A DNA stretch of 64,000 nucleotides, taken from Bacteroidales bacterium (lineage in GTDB: Bacteria; Bacteroidota; Bacteroidia; Bacteroidales; UBA932). Made by a program: the position numbers and the translations under genes. The stretch covers positions 4,909-68,908 of the forward strand of contig JAGCCX010000049.1 in the NCBI GenBank assembly GCA_017651465.1, given 5' to 3'. The stretch's first letter is position 1; each line of letters begins with the position of its first letter. The notes below the pieces were generated by a model. That model was not told the DNA's origin. It saw only the letters and a list, made by a program, of their open reading frames with translations, and searched no databases. Positions 42,929 through 50,001 of the stretch are shown here, piece by piece.

Positions 42929-45415
42929 TTACTCAAACGTTGCCCAGATGGTGTTAAGTCCGTCGGTGGATACGACACCGGAGGCGGTGATGCCGTAATC
43001 GGAGCCGGCGAGGCTGGCGCCGAAGTTGGAGGAGGTCACAGCGACATTGTTTACAATGCACGCTGACGAGACCTTGATGGGTTTGGCCGAAGAGCCCCAG
43101 CAGCTCTTTGTGGAGGTGTTGGAATAGCGCCCTATCACTGCTCCGGCACTTCCTGCGTAGCTGCAGGAAACGGTGGCGGATACAAAGCAGTCATCACCGG
43201 TGAAGACGTCTATCGACGAAGAATTGTTGTTCTGCAGGCCGATAAGTCCGCCGGCGCTGTGGGTATTGGCCGGAGTCTCGGAAATAACGGTTATGGTTCC
43301 GTAGCTTGAGCACGCCTTGAATGATCCCAGGGTAGAATTGCCGGCCAGTCCGCCCAAATACATTTTGGCGACAGACGAATAAGAAGTAACCGAACCGTAG
43401 TTCACGCAGTTGGTGCAAGTGCCCCTTTGCATATAACCTACAATGCCGCCGTGGCGCATATTTGTGTTGGAGGTCTGTACCATATCGCACACTGCCCCGG
43501 CCGTTTCGCTGCCGGATTTGCCGTTCACGCAAGCGTCAATGAGTCCGTCTTCACCAGAAACCATTCCGGCAATGCCGCCGTAGCAAGACTCGATGCTGTG
43601 GTTACCCGTCTTGGTAATGGCGCCAAGGTTGGTACACCCGCTGATTAAAGCATCGTTGGAAACACGTCCGACTATACCGCCACCGGTGGCGAAGGAAGCA
43701 GTACTCTGGTTATAGCCGTTAATGTCTCCGTTATTGGTACAGTTGGAAACCACAATATTCCTGGCGGAAGCATCTGCCGCGCTTCCGTCCATACCTATGA
43801 TTCCACCCAGATAGATCTGGCCTGCCTTGACATTTACGGTAGTTTCAACAGTCCCCGAGTTAGAGCAATTAGTAATGGTTACGCCGGAAAGTGTGTTGCC
43901 GGTGCGGCCGGCTATACCTCCCAAGGTGTTCACGCCCTTGTTGGAAGAAGCTTTGATACGGGATATTTTGCCGGAATTAGTGCACCCGCTTATGGCTGCC
44001 TTGCCGGAAATCAGTCCTACGATACCGCCGTAATAGTTGTTGCCTGCAGTGCTCGCATTCATCGTGACATCCGCGTAGTTGTGGCAGTTTGAAACTTGAT
44101 TCTCGGAGCCGCTCATAATCTGGCCGAGGATTCCGCCGACGTAAACTCCGTCAATTGCATTCTCAACCGTTACGGGAATATAATTCTTGACGTTGCTGAT
44201 CTGGACGTTCTTTACACGGGCGGCAAGGGCGCCGGCGTAGCCTACCTTTGCACTGTTCACGACCAGGCTGCTTTCGTCTCCGTCTTTACCCAGCGTGAGG
44301 TCTTTTACACGAATTCTATCCTCGATGGAAGCTATGATGGAGAAGAATCCACCGTATTCGCTTGAGGTAACAAGCTGGATGTTGTAGATGGAGTGACCTG
44401 CGCCGTCAAAAGTGCCGGAGAAGTGGCCAGAATTCTCATTTCCGCTAACAGGCTTCCATTCGCCTCCGCCGTAGTTGATGTCGGCGCCCAGCTTGACGGT
44501 TTCGCCTGCGGTGTAGAAATCGGCCATAGAGGCCCATTTATCGAGGTCTTCCTTTGTTTTGATGGTTCCGTCGAACCAGTTCAGGCTGCCCAGGTTCTCG
44601 AACTTGCGGCCTCCGTTAACAGGAAGTGAGAAGCCGGCAGTTGAGGTACCGGTGCGGCTTGCCTTCTGGAGTGAAGACCCGGAGCCTTTTGAAAAACCTA
44701 AAATTATGCGTCCGACAGATGTCTGGGGCCATACTACGGCAAAATAGTTCTGTCCTGCGGTAAAGCTTCCGCTGACCTTGACGGTGGGCTTGCTGCCTGC
44801 CACGACCCCGGGCTCGGGAGTGACGGGGGCATCACCGATAATCTTTATTTCTCCTCCATTGGGATCGTCGGCCTGGACATAAATAGTGTTGATGCCGCTT
44901 TCGGGCACCTGGATCTCTACCAGCGAGGTGGCGTTCTTGAAGCTTACCTTGTCGGGTGAGGTGCTTGTGCCAATCTGCACAAGTGCTGCGGGATCTACCA
45001 CGCCACCTGCGGGAATGACCTGCTCGGTGGGCAGATAAAGCATAATGGCGTCAGCGGCGGCTCCCTCGGGAATGCTTGCCTCGGATAGTGCCGATGCAGG
45101 GTAAACCAGGGTGTAGGAGCTAGCCGAAGCTATGCTGACAGCGAAGGAGGCAGTTCTGCCGCCGTCCTCGATGTCATCCGCGGTAATAGCAGTAGATACG
45201 GCCCAAGTACTTCCGTTGTACACGGCAATCTGGTCTCCCTCCTGCCACACTACCTTGTAGGCGTCGAGGTTTGCCTTGGTAGGCTGGTCAAGGGTGGCGG
45301 TGAAAACGATGGTGTCGGAAGCAGTGGTCTCGGGAGCTGCTTCTTTGTTGCAGGAAAGGGCGGCAAGAGCGGCCGCGGCAACCAGTATATAATTTACAAA
45401 CTTTTTCATTTTCAA
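42929..45415 (-). CDS. Surface lipoprotein, 828 aa: fimbrillin-like N-module + GLUG-motif repeat region
   Basis: Lipobox LAALSC followed by NKEAAPE. N-module YKVVWQEGDQIAVY...TASFAVS...TLVYPASA. At least eight G-G-[IL]-[IVA]-G units are present: YGGIVGLISG, LGGIAGRTGN, LGGIIGMDGS, GGGIVGRVSN, YGGIAGMVSG, HGGIVGYMQRG, LGGLAGNSTLG and AGGLIGLQNN. Confidence 0.83.
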   Translation of the reverse strand: MKMKKFVNYILVAAAALAALSCNKEAAPETTASDTIVFTATLDQPTKANLDAYKVVWQEGDQIAVYNGSTWAVSTAITADDIEDGGRTASFAVSIASASSYTLVYPASALSEASIPEGAAADAIMLYLPTEQVIPAGGVVDPAALVQIGTSTSPDKVSFKNATSLVEIQVPESGINTIYVQADDPNGGEIKIIGDAPVTPEPGVVAGSKPTVKVSGSFTAGQNYFAVVWPQTSVGRIILGFSKGSGSSLQKASRTGTSTAGFSLPVNGGRKFENLGSLNWFDGTIKTKEDLDKWASMADFYTAGETVKLGADINYGGGEWKPVSGNENSGHFSGTFDGAGHSIYNIQLVTSSEYGGFFSIIASIEDRIRVKDLTLGKDGDESSLVVNSAKVGYAGALAARVKNVQISNVKNYIPVTVENAIDGVYVGGILGQIMSGSENQVSNCHNYADVTMNASTAGNNYYGGIVGLISGKAAISGCTNSGKISRIKASSNKGVNTLGGIAGRTGNTLSGVTITNCSNSGTVETTVNVKAGQIYLGGIIGMDGSAADASARNIVVSNCTNNGDINGYNQSTASFATGGGIVGRVSNDALISGCTNLGAITKTGNHSIESCYGGIAGMVSGEDGLIDACVNGKSGSETAGAVCDMVQTSNTNMRHGGIVGYMQRGTCTNCVNYGSVTSYSSVAKMYLGGLAGNSTLGSFKACSSYGTITVISETPANTHSAGGLIGLQNNNSSSIDVFTGDDCFVSATVSCSYAGSAGAVIGRYSNTSTKSCWGSSAKPIKVSSACIVNNVAVTSSNFGASLAGSDYGITASGVVSTDGLNTIWATFE

Positions 45416-45434
45416 TGTCTTTTAAGATTATACA

Positions 45435-45569
45435 CTAGTCGCTCCATACGATATCGTCCACGCTTGTGGGCTCTTCGAATTCACCACCGCTGGCCTGACA
45501 CAGGCCGAGGGTGCAGTCATAAGGTTCCGCGTAAACCTGCGGAGGGGTGTAAGCCTTTTTCTTTGTCAT
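45435..45569 (-). CDS. sORF family member 2 (44 aa): MTKKKAYTPPQVYAEPYDCTLGLCQASGGEFEEPTSVDDIVWSD
   Basis: Hand translation of the minus strand gives ATG at 45569 and TAG at 45435-45437. It lies 21 nt after the stop of the upstream MBL gene and 19 nt before the ATG of the GLUG lipoprotein gene. Confidence 0.5.
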   Translation of the reverse strand: MTKKKAYTPPQVYAEPYDCTLGLCQASGGEFEEPTSVDDIVWSD

Positions 45570-45590
45570 AATATGTGTGTGTTTGTGATT

Positions 45591-46877
45591 TTATTCGCAC
45601 TTGATGGGCCCCTCGATCGATTTGACCTTGTACAGGTTGTTGGTGTCGTCGAGCTGGTATATGTAGAACTCGCCACCGCCGGGGGCTACCCTGATAACGG
45701 TGTGCCCGTTGATATGGCAGCGGTCGTACAGATTGGCGTTGGGGGTTGAAATCACCGGATCGATGCAGGTGAAGTACAACGATACGTCCTCGTAGTAATA
45801 CTTATGGTCGAGAAGGGCTTCCACAGTGCTCAGCATAGGCTGGTCGGTGCGCTGGGCGAAGCTCTGGGTGACCACTACGCGCGGCTTGAGTATGCTCATC
45901 TGTTCTGCAGGCAGACAGTTGACCGACATATGGTGGTCGGCCTTCATAGCCTCGATGGGCCTGCCGATCACCTGGGCCACGGGCACCGCCATCTTGGTGT
46001 TGCCGCCCGCGTCGCCGGCAGTATAATAGTCGAATTTTCCGTAGCTGATAAGGGAGATGCAGGAATTGCCGTTCTCATAAGGAATGGTGCCGCCATATGC
46101 ATCTACTATGGTGCTGCCGTTCCAGTACTCTCCGTTGACGGCGTAGTTGAATATCTTGAAATCGGGGTACTTTGCCTTGTTGTAAAGCAGTACCAGCTGC
46201 TGGTCGGTCCCGGCCTTGAACCGTTCCATCACCAGCCCCTTCTTGGATGTAGCATACTTTACGAACTCGGTGTAGTCGCCGACAGTCTTTGCACTGTAAT
46301 CCTTGCCGCTCTTGTCGATAAAGGCGTACTCGGGGTCGTCGGCGCTCCAGGCGCGGTCGAGGAGCTTTTTGTAGGGAAGAGTAGCATACAGGGCCATCAT
46401 TCCCGTGAGTGTATATCCCTCGGAACTTATGGTAAAGCCCTTGCCGGACGGGGTTCCGTAGTGATCGATGTGGAAGTGGCTCATCACTGCATAGTCCAGG
46501 TAATTGTGTCCCGTAGCTTCGAGGAAGTGCTTCATATAGCGCGCCTGGGTAAAGTAGGCGCGGGTGTTTGCGTCAGGTCTTTGGGTCACGGATACAGGCG
46601 ACGAGGTCGAGGTTACCGTCTCGCCTGCATCAATCATCATCGTGGTGCCGTCGGGCAGAATGAAGAAAGTACATTCTCCGCGGCCGGTACTTATGGCGTG
46701 GATGTCAAGCCAGCCCTCGGCCCACGGGGGGAGGGCTTTCCCCACCTCTGCCTCGAGGGGAGTCCTGATCGTTTCCTGCTTGTCGGGGCCTGTTTTGTCC
46801 CCGTCGTTTTTGTTGCACGACAGCGGGAGCAGGAGAGCCGCCGCTAAAAAATATAAGTAAAATTTTCTCATTGGCAC
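45591..46877 (-). CDS. ComEC-type metallo-beta-lactamase-fold lipoprotein (428 aa)
   Basis: Lipobox LPLSC followed by NKNDGDK. Contains LPPWAEGWLDIHAISTGRGE...IDAGE...SHFHIDHYG...MKADHH...GHTVIRVAPGG...GPIKCE. Confidence 0.85.
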   Translation of the reverse strand: MPMRKFYLYFLAAALLLPLSCNKNDGDKTGPDKQETIRTPLEAEVGKALPPWAEGWLDIHAISTGRGECTFFILPDGTTMMIDAGETVTSTSSPVSVTQRPDANTRAYFTQARYMKHFLEATGHNYLDYAVMSHFHIDHYGTPSGKGFTISSEGYTLTGMMALYATLPYKKLLDRAWSADDPEYAFIDKSGKDYSAKTVGDYTEFVKYATSKKGLVMERFKAGTDQQLVLLYNKAKYPDFKIFNYAVNGEYWNGSTIVDAYGGTIPYENGNSCISLISYGKFDYYTAGDAGGNTKMAVPVAQVIGRPIEAMKADHHMSVNCLPAEQMSILKPRVVVTQSFAQRTDQPMLSTVEALLDHKYYYEDVSLYFTCIDPVISTPNANLYDRCHINGHTVIRVAPGGGEFYIYQLDDTNNLYKVKSIEGPIKCE

Positions 46878-48055
46878 TTGAACGGTCCGTCTACTTGGAG
46901 AACCCGGTATTCAAAGTCGGTGTCGTCCAACAAATATACATAAAATTCTGAGCCACCCGGCATTACGCGAATCACGATATGCCCGTTAATGCCTGCGGCC
47001 TTGTCGTATAGTTCTTTGTGCAGGCTCCTCTGCTCAGGGCCTATATTGGTAAAGTAAAAGTATTTAGGCCCGGGGTACACGGTGTCCGTACCGAGCAGCC
47101 GGGAGAGAGTTTCGATATCGGGCTGGATATCCCTCTCGTAGAAGCTATGGGTCACTACCACCTGCGGACGGAGTATGGTCATAGTCTCGTCCTTCATAGT
47201 GTGGTACGACAGATGATGGTCGGCCTTCATAGCTTCAACCGGCCGGCCGATAGATTGCGCCACCGGCAGGGCGACCAAGGTATTGCCGCCAGCGTCGCCA
47301 CCGGTGTAGTAGTCAAAGTCGCCATAGCTTAGCAGGAAACAGCAGGATGCGCCGTTCTCGCGCATCAGTGTATCTTGGTACACATTCACTCTCTTCTTGC
47401 CGTCCCACACTACGCCGCTGGCCGCATAGTTCCGCACCACCAGTCCGGGATAACGGCAGGGGCGGTGCCGGAGACGTATCTGCCGCCGCGAGCCCACCTT
47501 CATCGCCTCGGCCTTCATCCCGTCGTGCTTGCAGGCGTACTTTACGAACTTTGGATAGAAGCCGCTGCCTTTGGATGAGCTTGGGAGCTGGGCCCCGGCG
47601 AAGTCCGGCCAGGCCCTGTCGAGGAGCCGCTGGAAAGGGATATTGGCCTCCACGCCGGCGATTCCGGTGAGTTCATATCCTCTCACGGGATCGGGCTCCA
47701 TCCATTTCTCAATCTGGCCGATATGGTCGTTGTGATAATGGGTGACGACGGCGTAATCCAGCTTGCCTTTACATACTGACGGCAGGAAGTGCCGGATATA
47801 CCGAGAGTACACCTCCACCGGCCTGGTCTGTCCGTCCGGCTTTGGAGGAACCTTGTCGAATTTCGCGGGCTTGTAATCAACGAACTCGCCTGCATCGACC
47901 AGTACCGAGGTCCCGTCGGGAAGGATTATGAAAGTGCACTCCCCGCGGGATGAATTGATGGCGTGAATGTCGAGGTACCCCTCCTGCCACGGGGGCAGGG
48001 GGGACCCGACAGTAACGGCTGCTGCAACTATGTTTGCCAGCAGAAGAAGCATCAT
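46868..48055 (-). CDS. ComEC-type metallo-beta-lactamase-fold secreted protein (395 aa)
   Basis: Signal-like N-terminus. Contains LPPWQEGYLDIHAINSSRGE...VDAGE...THYHNDHIG...MKADHH...GHIVIRVMPGG...GPFKCQ. 4-nt overlap with the upstream gene and 10-nt overlap with the downstream gene. Confidence 0.85.
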   Translation of the reverse strand: MMLLLLANIVAAAVTVGSPLPPWQEGYLDIHAINSSRGECTFIILPDGTSVLVDAGEFVDYKPAKFDKVPPKPDGQTRPVEVYSRYIRHFLPSVCKGKLDYAVVTHYHNDHIGQIEKWMEPDPVRGYELTGIAGVEANIPFQRLLDRAWPDFAGAQLPSSSKGSGFYPKFVKYACKHDGMKAEAMKVGSRRQIRLRHRPCRYPGLVVRNYAASGVVWDGKKRVNVYQDTLMRENGASCCFLLSYGDFDYYTGGDAGGNTLVALPVAQSIGRPVEAMKADHHLSYHTMKDETMTILRPQVVVTHSFYERDIQPDIETLSRLLGTDTVYPGPKYFYFTNIGPEQRSLHKELYDKAAGINGHIVIRVMPGGSEFYVYLLDDTDFEYRVLQVDGPFKCQ

Positions 48056-49995
48056 TTCTTGGTGACTTTTATGTCGAACACGAAGATACGCGGGGCGTTG
48101 GATGCACCCTTGGGACAGTCGATCTTGAGTTTGGTGTTGGCAGTCAAGCCGCTGGCCTCCAGACGAATGTGCGATACGGGCTTGTCGATGTCGGCATTAT
48201 TCCACGAATGCGGGAAATAGTCGTTGTCAACCAACTCCAGCGTGGTGCCGCCATTCTGGAAGCTGCTCAATGCGGTTGAGGCCTCGGGGAAACTTGCTCC
48301 GGCCTGGCTGGCAGCCACATAGGCGTCTCGGACAATGGTGCCGGAATTGAAAGTTCCGCCATTCTCGAGAATGAAGAACACAGGGTCGGTGGAAGATGTG
48401 GAGAAACGGGATATTTCTATCTCGATTACTGCATCGGTGCTGCCCTGGATGCTGCTGAATGCAGGCGTAGTCATGGCTCCGGCAATGGCTCCGGCGCAGA
48501 GCTGCAATGCACTAGGACGCTCCGAAGCATATGCGAACACCCAGTCCTGAAGGCCATAAGCCTGCATATATTCTGGCTTGGCTTCGGCAGCGGAAGAAGC
48601 ATCCTCGGGATAATCGAAGGTGAAGTTGCCGTTGTTCTGAGTAACAGTCCCAGACGCCGGCAGATACCCGTCGTAAACATCCACTTTGCTGCCGTTGCCC
48701 CCTGCAGGCGCCATATAATCGCCGCCCATTGTGCAGAGGTCAAAGTCTTCATGGAAGATAACGGCGGGATCGGGCTCTTCAACCAGCCGGATATTGTATT
48801 TGGGAGCTGTCGGATCGGAAATGTCGAAGCGCACGTGCATCTTGCCAGGACTGGTAAGGTTGATGGTGAAGGGGTTGTTGGCAACAGCGGTACTTGCCAT
48901 GGTGCCTATGGCCCTCTTGACATAGTAGGTCTTCACGCTTTTTCCTGCGCTCTTTATACCGGCTACGGGCAGAGCAGAGTTATCGGAAGAGATGGAGCCC
49001 AGGCCGCCTGCACCGGAGAAGGTTGCAAAACCGAATGGTTCGCCCTCGAGCTCGACAACGAAGCTGGTGCTTGCGGGAACCTCGACTTCACCTTCGAATA
49101 CCCCGTCGGATACTTCATCCAGGACGCTGCGTTCACCACCTATGTTGATACGGCAAGGAGGTGCTGCGATTTCGCCGCAAAGAACAATCATATCGTGCAT
49201 TTCGGCCCTTGAAACCCCCGTAGTATAGTCGCTGAGGGGCTGGCCTATGACTTCACGGTCTTTGGCGTCGCGGAACGATGCGTTAATGACGGAATAGTCG
49301 GCAGCCGGAACGGGAAGGAAAGCGTAAACGCTCTTTCCCGCAGCACTTACTAGCAGCTCTGCGTCACCCTTATCAATGGCATCGGCAGGCCTGATGCCGC
49401 GGTCGAGCACATCGGACACGGCGCATTTGAAAGTGCCGCTCAGGGCTCCGTCAGGGCTTGAAAGCAGAATTTTGGTAGCATCGGCCGGATAATTGTTGAT
49501 GGTAAGCTTAAGGAAGCCCAGTGCCTGCTTGAAGGCAAGGTTCCAATCGTTGCCAATGGCTGCGAGCATAACTCCCGGATAGGTGGAAGACACACTGGCC
49601 TTGTAGCTGCCGGGTACCTTAAGGCTTATGGACGCTCCGTCGCAGGAAACAGCGGCCGAAGCAGGATATACGGCTACGCTGCCAAGTTCCTTGCCGGAGG
49701 GAATGGTTCCCTTGAAAATGGCGCGTTTGGTATCGCCTGTTCCGTCTAGGCTGAAGGTCACAAGGGTGCCGTCGGTGCAGGCGACTGCAATCTGGTCGCC
49801 TCCGTCCCAAGTCCCGTGCCCTTTCTCGTCCATAAAGGCCTTGGTCTCAAGGTTCTCGAAAGTTGCGAGGAACGATACTTCCCCAGTACGGGAGAAGGTT
49901 TCGTCCGGGACCCAGGATTCGTAGCTATAGTCTTTGCAGCCGGCGAGCAAAGCTGCTGCCGCAGCAAATATTGCAATATACTTTTTCATATCCAT
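48052..49995 (-). CDS. Surface lipoprotein, 647 aa, in the SusE/F position: fimbrillin-like N-module + unknown C-domains
   Basis: Lipobox LLAGC. N-module GHGTWDGGDQIAVA...RAIFKGT...VAVYPASA. It starts 7 nt after the SusD stop. I cannot assign the C-terminal ~350 aa. Confidence 0.78.
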   Translation of the reverse strand: MDMKKYIAIFAAAAALLAGCKDYSYESWVPDETFSRTGEVSFLATFENLETKAFMDEKGHGTWDGGDQIAVACTDGTLVTFSLDGTGDTKRAIFKGTIPSGKELGSVAVYPASAAVSCDGASISLKVPGSYKASVSSTYPGVMLAAIGNDWNLAFKQALGFLKLTINNYPADATKILLSSPDGALSGTFKCAVSDVLDRGIRPADAIDKGDAELLVSAAGKSVYAFLPVPAADYSVINASFRDAKDREVIGQPLSDYTTGVSRAEMHDMIVLCGEIAAPPCRINIGGERSVLDEVSDGVFEGEVEVPASTSFVVELEGEPFGFATFSGAGGLGSISSDNSALPVAGIKSAGKSVKTYYVKRAIGTMASTAVANNPFTINLTSPGKMHVRFDISDPTAPKYNIRLVEEPDPAVIFHEDFDLCTMGGDYMAPAGGNGSKVDVYDGYLPASGTVTQNNGNFTFDYPEDASSAAEAKPEYMQAYGLQDWVFAYASERPSALQLCAGAIAGAMTTPAFSSIQGSTDAVIEIEISRFSTSSTDPVFFILENGGTFNSGTIVRDAYVAASQAGASFPEASTALSSFQNGGTTLELVDNDYFPHSWNNADIDKPVSHIRLEASGLTANTKLKIDCPKGASNAPRIFVFDIKVTKK

Positions 49996-50001
49996 TAAAT
50001 G

